A stretch of 64,000 nucleotides of DNA, taken from the IMG/VR virus record IMGVR_UViG_3300033562_000771, positions 62,001 to 126,000 of that record. One strand, 5' to 3'. The position numbers were made by a program, and so were the translations under genes. The notes under the pieces were generated by a model. That model saw nothing but the letters and a program-made list of their open reading frames with translations. It did not search any database and was not told the DNA's origin. This stretch comes from an uncultured virus (IMG/VR IMGVR_UViG_3300033562_000771). Lineage: Duplodnaviria > Heunggongvirae > Uroviricota > Caudoviricetes. Positions 10,533 to 18,833 of this stretch are shown one piece after another (the first letter of the stretch is position 1; the number at the start of each line of letters is the position of its first letter).

Positions 10533-11024
10533 TTATATCTCAACAATTTTAGCCAGTTTAAGGACTTTTGAGTCAATTTTAAGCCCACTCTTTAAGACTA
10601 CTCGTAGATTAATAGATAACCTAAGGTGTTGATGTTCGTTTAGAAAAATATGAACCATACCCCCACGTTCAGCAAACAGGGGTGCATCCGAAATAGTTAA
10701 GACACCCGGTGGAACTACCTGTGGAAAGAAAATATCATCACAAACATATAAAACATCAATTTTTGCAGCATCAACCTCACTCCATCGAAGCGGTATCCAC
10801 TTTACGGGATACTTTTTAGATCTAGAACCAATTGCATCCATAAAATACTTAGAGGGTGACCCTACAAAACCAACCCTAAGCTCCCCACATTTATACGTGG
10901 GCCATGTTGTAAAGGTAGATATGATACTAACTGCCGCGACCTTGGCCTCGGGATCAGTTAGCTCTTGGCTATACATAGGGAGTAGAAATACTATGTGCAA
11001 GAGGAAAAACCATTTAAGAAGCAT
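10533..11024 (-). CDS. YfiR-family (DUF4154-like) periplasmic protein
   Basis: Signal peptide; KVA...FTTWP; VLTISD...FAERGGM...L.INL...SGLKIDSKVLKLA. Confidence 0.8.
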   Translation of the reverse strand: MLLKWFFLLHIVFLLPMYSQELTDPEAKVAAVSIISTFTTWPTYKCGELRVGFVGSPSKYFMDAIGSRSKKYPVKWIPLRWSEVDAAKIDVLYVCDDIFFPQVVPPGVLTISDAPLFAERGGMVHIFLNEHQHLRLSINLRVVLKSGLKIDSKVLKLAKIVEI

Positions 11025-11081
11025 ATTTAGGTCTCATGTATTTAAGTATCGTTAGATAAGAACCCCTCTAAATAAAAGCAA

Positions 11082-11111
11082 TAAAAAAGCCCCCGATGAA
11101 AGGGGCTTTTT
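11082..11111. terminator. Intrinsic terminator after the Ro60 gene
   Basis: aaaaaagcccc-cgatgaaa-ggggcttttt. Confidence 0.75.
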
Positions 11112-11128
11112 GGGAATGACCTGAGTTG

Positions 11129-12595
11129 TCAGGTCAAGCTAATAGACTCGATTTCATGCACGAGGGCATTAGGGTCCATTTCGAGGTTCTGCATGGTCTT
11201 CAAAACGGCGTCACTAAAACCCGCCAAAGCGAAAACCTTGCTCTCGGGGAACTGGAGGGTCCCCTGACCCGTCAGATCGAAAGAGAAGATCCGAGGATCC
11301 GCTCCAAATTTCTGCTTGTAAGCCTTATGTGCGGCATGAGGGGTCCCAGCGCAATAAGAACTAACCTGACGAGTTACCCAAGCTTGCATGTCCGAAAGGA
11401 TGATAATTCGGTCATAGACCTTATTAGCAGTTTCGAAGATACTGTGGAAATCGGTCCCACCCCCGGAAGCGCGGTGAATCTTCTCGGTGAGCGTGGTAAG
11501 ACTATCCGCTGGGTGGAGGTCCAGGTAGGTAGCGCCCGAAGCAAAACGCAGAACGTCTGCATCGTTAGACTTAAACAGCACAGCCGCAAACAACGCAGCA
11601 ATCTGAACGGGGCGACCAGCCATAGATCCACTGGTATCAACAGCAATCAGGGTCTTACCTGAAAACTTGGGAACATTGACAAGGCTCAACTCCATCGCCT
11701 TTTCCAGAGCCAGCTTAACCTCACGGGTATCAGCCTTAGTGCCACGAATTGCTTCGGTAGCAGTATAAATCTGGAAGGGGAACATCAGGGACTTCTTAAC
11801 CTGATGAGGGTCCGTAATGAACTCCAGAGCCAAAGGCATTACATCAGGAGCCTGTTCCGCAATGTTGCGAAGATTGCGGATGCAAGCCATGAAGCCCAGC
11901 TTGTTAGCAGTCAAAAGCTCACGCCATGCCTGACCCTTCATTTCGGCCTTCTCGGTATCCGAAGATGCCTTCTGACCAGCCTGAGTAAGCTTGGTCTCCC
12001 AAGTTTCGGCTGGCTTAAGAGTCCCGGTCATCAGCTCGGTCAATGCAGCAGTAGCCTTAGGGTGCAGCAAATTGACCGCATCATACAGATTCAGATCCTT
12101 ACCCTCTCCACGATACTTGGCAAGCTGATAAGAATCAAACTTACCGAGAGCCGCGCCGAAACCCTTCTTCATAGCGTTGCTCAACTTACGGAGGTTCTGA
12201 CCACTCGTGGACTTGATATATGCAAGAGTCTCGGTGATGTCATCAGGACGATTGACAACCCGCTCGTAGAACTTACGAGTCCACTCCAAGCCCTTGATAT
12301 CCACACGCTGAGAGAGTTCCCCGGCCACAATGTGGCTTACAGACCGGAGGCCATTCTTCTTACGAGTAAAGATAGCTGCCTTTGCTGCAAACAAAGGGTC
12401 AACAGTCTTGGACAAATCGGCAATGCGACTAACCTGACCCTCACCGGACTTGTAATAAGTATCCGTGGTGAAGCAAGTCAACAGCGCCGAAGCAAACTCA
12501 AGCTTAGGGGACATAGCAAAAGCTTCCCCTCCAGCCAAGTTAACAGTAGTAGGAGTGTTAACAGTAGAGACTTCCGTCTTAGCGAAACGAGCCAT
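11129..12595 (-). CDS. rsr: Ro60/TROVE-domain RNA-binding protein (Rsr)
   Basis: VNLAGGEAF, FDSYQLAKY, TWET and RNLRNI motifs; vWA DTSGSM...GGGTD...IILSDMQ. Confidence 0.93.
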   Translation of the reverse strand: MARFAKTEVSTVNTPTTVNLAGGEAFAMSPKLEFASALLTCFTTDTYYKSGEGQVSRIADLSKTVDPLFAAKAAIFTRKKNGLRSVSHIVAGELSQRVDIKGLEWTRKFYERVVNRPDDITETLAYIKSTSGQNLRKLSNAMKKGFGAALGKFDSYQLAKYRGEGKDLNLYDAVNLLHPKATAALTELMTGTLKPAETWETKLTQAGQKASSDTEKAEMKGQAWRELLTANKLGFMACIRNLRNIAEQAPDVMPLALEFITDPHQVKKSLMFPFQIYTATEAIRGTKADTREVKLALEKAMELSLVNVPKFSGKTLIAVDTSGSMAGRPVQIAALFAAVLFKSNDADVLRFASGATYLDLHPADSLTTLTEKIHRASGGGTDFHSIFETANKVYDRIIILSDMQAWVTRQVSSYCAGTPHAAHKAYKQKFGADPRIFSFDLTGQGTLQFPESKVFALAGFSDAVLKTMQNLEMDPNALVHEIESISLT

Positions 12596-12670
12596 GGGGC
12601 ACCGTCCTTCTATGTGCTACCCTAGTGCGCCAGGGAGATGCGGGGACCATCTATTTGGTCGCCATAGATA

Positions 12671-12700
12671 TAATACGCAGAAAGTTATTCAAAAGTCCAG
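12671..12700 (-). promoter_or_regulatory. Phage promoter motif copy upstream of Ro60
   Basis: CTGGA-N18-CGTATTA. Confidence 0.6.
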
Positions 12701-12708
12701 AAAATTTT

Positions 12709-12894
12709 TTAGGCTACATATCTTTTTCTGATTAAGGCTGCGGCCACCTTATTATCGTTTTCTCGAAAGAGGTCAGGATCTGATATATTAAAATCAGAAC
12801 AGAAGAGTCTCCCCAAAGGGTTGCCTTGTATTAGGTGGCCCTGCTTTTCGTAAGAATCCAAATAAGTTGAATACTGTGTAGATGTTATGTACAT
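12709..12894 (-). CDS. Hypothetical protein
   Basis: 61-aa ORF with GAGG SD. Confidence 0.5.
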   Translation of the reverse strand: MYITSTQYSTYLDSYEKQGHLIQGNPLGRLFCSDFNISDPDLFRENDNKVAAALIRKRYVA

Positions 12895-12910
12895 GACAGT
12901 TCCTCACCTA

Positions 12911-12939
12911 AAGAAAAAGCCCCTCGGAGTAGGAGGGGC
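12911..12939 (-). terminator. Terminator after the Y-RNA-like pair
   Basis: GCCCCTC-ctactcc-GAGGGGC-TTTTTCTT on minus strand. Confidence 0.65.
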
Positions 12940-12948
12940 CGGAAAGAA

Positions 12949-13006
12949 CACGGAGGTTTGTTGTATAGAGTTTCATAGCCGAAGGAACTCTTTACTTGCT
13001 ACCGTG
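12949..13006 (-). ncRNA. Minimal Y-RNA-like RNA (scaffold only)
   Basis: CACGG-TAGCAAGTAAAGAGTTCCTTCG...AACTCTATAC...CTCCGTG; same scaffold as the YrlA-like copies; next to Ro60. Confidence 0.6.
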
Positions 13007-13014
13007 AAAGTGCT

Positions 13015-13226
13015 GTCCAGAGATTAACGTATACGGGGTTCACTTTTTAAGCATCTGTGGGATGCCCACCCGATAAGAGATGCCATGAGGGAAGTTACTC
13101 ATGTATCTCAAGGTTAGTTTTTACGCTAACCCCCCTACCTTCAGGTGGTTCCTTCGGGACCTTACATCCAAGGTAAATATAACACTGAGTCATATTAACG
13201 AAGTAACCGGATACTCGCTACTGGAC
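13015..13226 (-). ncRNA. Y-RNA-like RNA with a large non-tRNA insert
   Basis: GTCCAGTAGCGAGTATCCGGTTACTTCG...AACCCCGTATACG...TCTCTGGAC closing stem around about 150 nt of hairpins. Confidence 0.6.
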
Positions 13227-13626
13227 AAATTGTCAAGGATCTTACCTAAGAGAGATACCAGGAATTAATTTCATTAAAAGAAAAAATTAGGATTCTTCTC
13301 CAACTTCAATAACTGCGTCATCGGGAACCGACAATTTCTTCAGAAACTCGGACTGCTCCTCGGGACCCATCTTGCTCAGTCTCCTAAAAAACTCATCCTG
13401 GGCGAGAGATTTATGAGCATTTTCCAATGCCAGTCTATAATCAACCTTAGCCATAAGGCCTCCCATGCTACAGATACAACTAATAAAAACACACTCCCAC
13501 CTTCCTCATGTTGGCCTCTCCCGAGGCACACAGATCAGTCACGCTTGAGGTGAGATTCCCTGATACAGGTTATGCAGATCAACGGGGTATTACCGCATCG
13601 TAGCTACGCATTCCCGTGTGTTTTAT

Positions 13627-13929
13627 TTAAGCGTGAGCAAACTCATGTTCGTGCTGCTTCTCACGCAAACCCAGTTTATCAATGAATTTTTGAGCACTTT
13701 TTTGAAGACCGCTATGAGCTGACTTAAGACTAACTTCCCACTCAGATTCAATAGTCTTACCCATAACGCTAACTTTACCTACATAACCACCATTCTCACG
13801 CTCGATCAAGCCCGTCAGGTCTATATTGGCACCTTTCAGCATAACCTGAATGAGAACATATTTTGACTGCACAGGTTTTACCAGACCCGCTGCATCATGA
13901 TGGATTGTTAGGGAAGTAGTGTGAATCAT
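13627..13929 (-). CDS. Hypothetical protein
   Basis: 100-aa ORF with GAGG SD. Confidence 0.55.
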   Translation of the reverse strand: MIHTTSLTIHHDAAGLVKPVQSKYVLIQVMLKGANIDLTGLIERENGGYVGKVSVMGKTIESEWEVSLKSAHSGLQKSAQKFIDKLGLREKQHEHEFAHA

Positions 13930-13967
13930 GATATCCTCTACCTAAAAGGATATCTCCTAAACAAGAT

Positions 13968-14054
13968 TGGTGCGAATGGTCGGAATCGAACCGACACGCC
14001 CTTTCGGACACAGGCTTCTAAGACCTGGGCGGCTACCAGTTACGCCACATTCGC
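13968..14054 (-). tRNA. trnL: tRNA-Leu(TAG)
   Basis: caggt CT TAG AA gcctg; long V arm; CCA. Confidence 0.9.
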
Positions 14055-14199
14055 ATTGAGGAGCCCTACGTTATCTACTCCATTGGAGGGCCGCAATAAA
14101 CAAGCGTCTTAAGCCACTTGCCTACCTACCCCTTTCCGGTTGTCCCAGCCTATCACCCGCATCCCGAGGGGGCCTGTAAATCCAGGTCAGATGGTGCGC

Positions 14200-14463
14200 T
14201 TAATTCTTACGAACCAGAGGCGTACCGGGTGTGTTTTGCTCTAATTTACCTACTAGGATCTCGGCTGGAAGGCAATGCCTGAACTTTTCAAGCATGATAT
14301 CCCAAGCTTTCAGGTCTGTCTTAGGTGGCACACGCCACTTATGACCCACACAAACACAGGGCTTCTGGCATATCCCACAAATTGCAGTCCCACCCCCCCA
14401 CGCCTTCCGACGATAGTGTGTGCGGCAAGAGAAACAAACATAATTGTAGGAACACGTAGACAT
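14200..14463 (-). CDS. Small Cys-rich (zinc-binding) protein
   Basis: CFSCR...CGICQ...GHKWRVPPK. Confidence 0.55.
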   Translation of the reverse strand: MSTCSYNYVCFSCRTHYRRKAWGGGTAICGICQKPCVCVGHKWRVPPKTDLKAWDIMLEKFRHCLPAEILVGKLEQNTPGTPLVRKN

Positions 14464-14484
14464 CTTGCACCGTGAAAGAGGTTA

Positions 14485-14558
14485 TGGAGCGGGTGAAGGG
14501 ATTTGAACCCTCGACTTCCAGCTTGGAAGCTAGCACTCTACCACTGAGTTACACCCGC
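14485..14558 (-). tRNA. trnG: tRNA-Gly(TCC)-like with 6-nt anticodon loop
   Basis: Body identical to 37899..37973; arm ctagc TTCCAA gctgg. Confidence 0.7.
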
Positions 14559-14559
14559 A

Positions 14560-14727
14560 TTACTCAACTTCCTTACAGACCAATTTAGTATGCTGCCTTG
14601 CCTTACGCTTTTGCAGCTTTTTCATGGTCTGCTTTTGCGCTGGATGCCCTGCTGTTTGATGCGCCAGTTCAACAGGAAGCGACTTATCGTAGGGATAAGT
14701 ATGGCGTGAATGACTACCGTTTTTCAT
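14560..14727 (-). CDS. Small basic protein (55 aa)
   Basis: MKNGSHSRH...KEVE; GAGGAG SD; promoter copy upstream; below the ORF-track cutoff. Confidence 0.55.
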   Translation of the reverse strand: MKNGSHSRHTYPYDKSLPVELAHQTAGHPAQKQTMKKLQKRKARQHTKLVCKEVE

Positions 14728-14745
14728 GCGAGTCTCCTCAATGAA

Positions 14746-14775
14746 AGATACGGTAGAAATTCCCGATAAATCCAG
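14746..14775 (-). promoter_or_regulatory. Phage promoter motif copy
   Basis: CTGGA-N18-CGTATCT. Confidence 0.65.
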
Positions 14776-14787
14776 CCCTAGTAACTA

Positions 14788-14997
14788 TTACCCCCTAGCA
14801 TTCTTTTTGGAAATTCGATGCTTCTTGCTCTCCGACATCGGATTAGCAGGGGTGGTGTTCTTCACCCAGGAAGTCCCTTCCCCCTTCTTCCAAGTTTCCT
14901 TGGAAACAAAGGCCCAATCCTTCTGGGTCAATTCAAGGGCGCGATCTTCACTCACGCGCCGGATTTCCTTTGTAACGGTATTCTGTACGCACTTCAT
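14788..14997 (-). CDS. Hypothetical protein
   Basis: 69-aa ORF with GGAGG SD. Confidence 0.55.
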   Translation of the reverse strand: MKCVQNTVTKEIRRVSEDRALELTQKDWAFVSKETWKKGEGTSWVKNTTPANPMSESKKHRISKKNARG

Positions 14998-15276
14998 AGG
15001 AAATTAATCCTCCATCCGTAAAACTGCCGGGGAATTACTCGGCCCCCGGCTTACCGATCCAGACCTACTTTTTCCTGACTGACACCCCCCGCTTCTGCAA
15101 CTCGGCCTTCGCCGCTGCGGAAAGAAGGGTCCCAGCCTGGACCACCGACTGCAACTGCTCGGTGGACATCTTCTGCACAGACTTACTGTGCTTTGCACTT
15201 AGCGCCATTTGGCACCTCCAACTTGGTCAATTTGACCTAAGCAGGAGGACTTTCAGTGGGTGCGTTCATGACAGCC

Positions 15277-15714
15277 TCATTCAAAGTCAGACGATCTTCG
15301 GATGTGTATGTTAGCATTTAGCAACGATTTTTTCGCTTCTGGACTTGCGTTAAAAGCAGCGATTAATGACGGTGTGGGATCTTCAAAAATAAAAACCTTT
15401 AGCCCACGTTTTGTTGCATAGTCGATCATATGCTGGGTTCCTCTGGAACCATTTGTAACCGCTACAAGAGCTTCCGCATAAAGACCCATTTCTTCATTAC
15501 GAATAAAACCAGCCTCTTTCTTGTAAGCATCCCAGTTAGCTGGGAAACGCTTGACTGGAACCCCGTGTCGCGCAGCCCACTCTTCACCTAATCTATCTAC
15601 ACCCCTAGCGGTTCCAGAAACTACTTCTGTAATGGTAAAACCAGATTGAGCGACAGCGGCTTCTACTAGAGAGTAATCTTCAATTTCCCTGGACCCTGCT
15701 ATGATGGTTTTCAT
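15277..15714 (-). CDS. SLOG-superfamily protein (DUF2493/YspA-like)
   Basis: MKTIIAGSR...VVSGTARGVD..GE.WA...AG.IRN.EM...SRGT.HMI. Confidence 0.8.
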   Translation of the reverse strand: MKTIIAGSREIEDYSLVEAAVAQSGFTITEVVSGTARGVDRLGEEWAARHGVPVKRFPANWDAYKKEAGFIRNEEMGLYAEALVAVTNGSRGTQHMIDYATKRGLKVFIFEDPTPSLIAAFNASPEAKKSLLNANIHIRRSSDFE

Positions 15715-15729
15715 TTGTGTCCTTAAACT

Positions 15730-15804
15730 TGGAGCCGTAGGAGGGATTTGAACCCCCGACAACTGGTTTACAAAACCAGGGCTCTACCCCTGAGCTACTA
15801 CGGC
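15730..15804 (-). tRNA. trnT: tRNA-Thr(TGT)
   Basis: ctggt TT TGT AA accag; CCA. Confidence 0.9.
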
Positions 15805-15904
15805 TTAATAAAAGGCACTAACGCAGCCTTACTCGTTGCGGTGCTGTGCCGCCCACGGCAATCCCCCGAAACCCACATATAGGGTAACACGAAGAAACGT
15901 GCTT

Positions 15905-15932
15905 GTTTCAATCCACTCCCTTTACGGGAGAC
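15905..15932 (-). repeat. Solitary type I-C-like CRISPR repeat unit
   Basis: GTCTCCCGTAAAGGGAGTGGATTGAAAC. Confidence 0.55.
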
Positions 15933-16116
15933 ATAAAAAAGGTTGCTAGTGCTACAGGGTGACTGTTTTCGTCCACCTGATTGGTTACAGTAGGATTTAT
16001 TCTCAGTTAGTAGCTTTTCCGAAGGGACTCGCTTCCAGGCCCAGTGTTTCCACTGTTAGGGGTACATCGTGACTACGGCGGGGCACTAGCATTCCCCGTG
16101 GGCGGTTAAACCCAAA

Positions 16117-16492
16117 TGGTGGAGGTGATCGGAATCGAACCGATGTCCAAGAAGCCTCTAAAGGTAATTCATTCACAGGTTTAGCCCATTTTTCGTGACC
16201 TCTATAGGGAGTTGGGCTAACCCTATTCAAGGACTTGCTCTCTACGCTCTTAACTCAGGCTAGGAAAGCGTCACCGGAGTCCAGTCTGTTATCCCCCATC
16301 AGTAGGACGAATCCACCCTCTGAAGAACATACAACTTAGTTACCAAACGCTCACTAAGAGGTTGCTGCTTACGCAGCCTGAAGAAGCATTGTGTCTTCGG
16401 CAGTTATAGCTTTTGGGCTTATTAAAGGGGCCAGCCCACCCCTACCTGCACTACTCTTCAAATAAACAACCTGTCAAAACCATGGCACCCCC
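16117..16492 (-). ncRNA. ssrA: tmRNA
   Basis: 5' GGGGGTG...TTGAC and 3' GGTTCGATTCC..CACCTCCACCA with G3.U70; tag ORF AEDTMLLQAA* at 16369..16401. Confidence 0.93.
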
Positions 16493-16545
16493 ATACTACA
16501 GGTAAGAGGCTGGGGGGGTCATGACTCCCCCCACGGTTTGATGAG

Positions 16546-16941
16546 TTAAGATTTTGGGGTATTCTTTGAACCTACTGGCCTACCCTTTCGCTTAGGAGCC
16601 CCCTCAACAAATTCCCTGGGAACCAGGGGATTGGGTGGGCTTCCTGCGGCCTCTTCGCTAGCAGGGGTATTTAGTGCGCTGAGTTCCTTCTGGAACGCAC
16701 CCACAAGCTCAACAAGCAATTCATGCTTGTTGAGTTCCCAAGGGGTCAGAATACTAACCATGGGACGAGAAACCACAACATTTTCGGTCCCTGGCTTCAT
16801 TGTAGCGATGAAAAGACCCACTTGCCCCTTATCAGGACTTATTTCGGGAAGCACAGTCCAATCCTGATCCGGAAACACAATCTTTAGCGAGGTTGCAGTC
16901 ATCGTGCAGATTTCGGAAAGGGTATTTGCAGTAAAATTCAT
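16546..16941 (-). CDS. Hypothetical protein with AT-hook-like C-terminus
   Basis: KRKGRPVGSKN. Confidence 0.55.
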   Translation of the reverse strand: MNFTANTLSEICTMTATSLKIVFPDQDWTVLPEISPDKGQVGLFIATMKPGTENVVVSRPMVSILTPWELNKHELLVELVGAFQKELSALNTPASEEAAGSPPNPLVPREFVEGAPKRKGRPVGSKNTPKS

Positions 16942-16977
16942 GCTTGCTCCATCATATATAAAAACAATACAGACTAA

Positions 16978-17085
16978 TTAATCTTCGTCAGGATTTTCTC
17001 GCTCGTAGCGATCAAATTCGTCATCGATGGCATCAAGAACCTTGTTGTCATCGTCATCGCCCCAGTAACCAGTTGAGTCAGGCAT
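16978..17085 (-). CDS. Small acidic peptide (35 aa)
   Basis: MPDSTGYWGDDDDNKVLDAIDDEFDRYERENPDED; AGGAGG SD. Confidence 0.5.
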   Translation of the reverse strand: MPDSTGYWGDDDDNKVLDAIDDEFDRYERENPDED

Positions 17086-17117
17086 ATAAGCCTCCTAAGT
17101 TAATTAGGTTATAAAAA

Positions 17118-17208
17118 CCAAGGGGAGGGAATCGTCAGTGGGTGTCTTTGCATATGGTGAGCTTGTGAAGGCTCTCGAAGTAACCCATTTTGACTTACTG
17201 CCCCTTGG
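17118..17208 (-). ncRNA. Y-RNA-like RNA
   Basis: CCAAGGGGCAGTAAGTCAAAATGGGTTACTTCG...CACCCACTGAC...CCCCTTGG. Confidence 0.6.
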
Positions 17209-17522
17209 GTTTGATGATTCCCCGGAGTGTCGCAACTACTCATTCTACCAGTTTGGCTCACTGGATTCACAGCTAAAAGCCGCGTTCTATTCAGACCTTA
17301 GAGGTTAATGCCTCCAGGAGACTCTTTACTGCACGAAGGGTTACTGCCCCTCATGGCCGTTTGAATTACAGCCTAGGAAGCTACTAGGACGGGGTTTTGA
17401 TTGGAGGCCCGACCAACGCTGGAGCGCTACGGCACCGAAGTGCCTAGTCAGGCCATAGTTAGTTTACTTAAATATGTTGCCAAATTTTCAAGGATTCAAC
17501 GCCCCCTCAGGGGACTAGTTTA

Positions 17523-17552
17523 AGATACGGCACAAATTTCAAAAAGGTTCAG
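17523..17552 (-). promoter_or_regulatory. Phage promoter motif copy
   Basis: CTGAA-N18-CGTATCT. Confidence 0.65.
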
Positions 17553-17569
17553 AAAAATGTGCCGTAAAA

Positions 17570-18112
17570 TCAGTCTGCGTATGTTTTTTCAAACATATCA
17601 AAATCAACCAACTTATGGAAGCGCTCCATGAGAACCATGGTGGGGGTGGTAGGCCTACGGAGTAAGGTCATACCGCTTTCTTCCAGAAGCTTGCTGCCCT
17701 TCATCTGGTTGCATCGGAAACAACAAGCCACGAGGTTTTTCCAGTTAGTTTGACCGCCCTTACTTCGTGGGACAATGTGGTCCACGGTGCAGTTGGTACC
17801 CTTTAGCTTAGCCCCACAATAGCAACACCTATGACCGTCACGACGAATAATCGCCTTTAGGCCCTTGTTGCCTGAGTGCAAACGGGGCTCTCCGGGAGAC
17901 TTGGAAACCATCTTATAGATAATCATCTTAATAGGTTGTCCAGGCTCAATCCAAGAAGAAGTCTCCAGCGTCTTAGGATTAGTGATGATGTCAGCCTTAC
18001 GAGTGACGATGGCCTTGATTGCTTTTCTGCGTGAAATTTCAGCCATTGGGATGAAATGACACGATAAAGCTAAAACCGTGTTTCTGTTCTGAAATCTTTT
18101 TGAGTGTCCCAT
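17570..18112 (-). CDS. HNH endonuclease
   Basis: RDGHRCCYCG...TVDHIVPRSKGG.T.W.NLV.CC.RCN..KG. Confidence 0.9.
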   Translation of the reverse strand: MGHSKRFQNRNTVLALSCHFIPMAEISRRKAIKAIVTRKADIITNPKTLETSSWIEPGQPIKMIIYKMVSKSPGEPRLHSGNKGLKAIIRRDGHRCCYCGAKLKGTNCTVDHIVPRSKGGQTNWKNLVACCFRCNQMKGSKLLEESGMTLLRRPTTPTMVLMERFHKLVDFDMFEKTYAD

Positions 18113-18166
18113 TTTAGTCTCCTTTCCAATAAGTATCCTAACAGGGAATCTACCGTTTGTAAACTG

Positions 18167-18310
18167 TTAAGACCCCCAAAACATATGTTTTCGCATTTTA
18201 GTCTCAGATATGCGTTTACCTGTTTCCGGTGAGCGTTTTCTTCCCGTATGGAACGCAACCGTCTTTGCAATGGACTCAGGTGACTGCTTTCTTCCCGTTT
18301 GACTAGCGTT
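18167..18310 (-). pseudogene. NUMOD3-motif remnant of a homing endonuclease
   Basis: Start-less frame reads TGRKQSPESIAKTVAFHTGRKRSPETGKRISETK. Confidence 0.5.
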
Positions 18311-18454
18311 TCCCCGTTTTAATCTCTTGCTGCTGGTAGGTATCTTCCAGAATAAACGTTGGCTGGCAGGCTTGAATGCCCAGCGACAAGAGACTACATA
18401 AAATAATTTTCCAGATTTTCATAGTTAGTCCCTCATGAGAATACTCGGAAGATT

Positions 18455-18756
18455 TGGTGCGCCCACCCGGACTCGAACCGGGACGCCCTTACGGGCATTG
18501 GATTTTCATCACACTCCATATTGCTATGGCCAGTTTCCTGTTGTGCGCTGGACTATGCCTTGACCATAGATATTTAGTATCCTTAGGCCCCCACCGTCTA
18601 GTCTCTACACCTTCCTGTCTCCAGGCTTGGCTCGGCGTTGTCCACTTGGGGTATTCACCGAATTTGATGGGATTCACATCAGCAGTTTCCTACTAAGTGC
18701 TCTACATGTAATACTTACGTGAAGTCCAAGGCGTCTACCGATTCCGCCATGAGCGC
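18455..18756 (-). tRNA. trnL: tRNA-Leu(TAA) interrupted by a group I intron
   Basis: Exons 18722..18756 and 18455..18506 join to ttgga CT T|AA AA tccaa. Confidence 0.9.
18507..18721 (-). ncRNA. Group I intron (215 nt, no ORF, IC3-like)
   Basis: Inserted after U34 and ends in G; core AAATTCGGTGAA...GCCGAGCCAAGC...GTGTAGAGACTAGACGG...AAGGCATAGTCC. Confidence 0.9.
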
Positions 18757-18793
18757 AGTATCATTCTATGCAATATAGCATTTTCAAAGAAAC

Positions 18794-18825
18794 TGGCCCC
18801 AGTGGGAGTCGAACCATCGGGGCCA
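18794..18825 (-). ncRNA. tRNA minihelix-like hairpin
   Basis: GGCCCCGATGG TTCGACT CCCACTGGGGCCA just downstream of a promoter copy. Confidence 0.4.
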
Positions 18826-18833
18826 ACAAGGTA

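Noticed and set aside
11126..12731. Long plus-strand ORFs antisense to Ro60 (and similar ones opposite fibre genes)
   Set aside because: Antisense shadows with no motifs or SD.
15955..16010. Hammerhead ribozyme (GGACGAAA...GTC)
   Set aside because: No CTGATGA core in the correct position.
18070..18270. 66-aa ORF from the track
   Set aside because: Another frame of the same DNA encodes NUMOD3 motifs, so this is probably a shadow of an endonuclease remnant.
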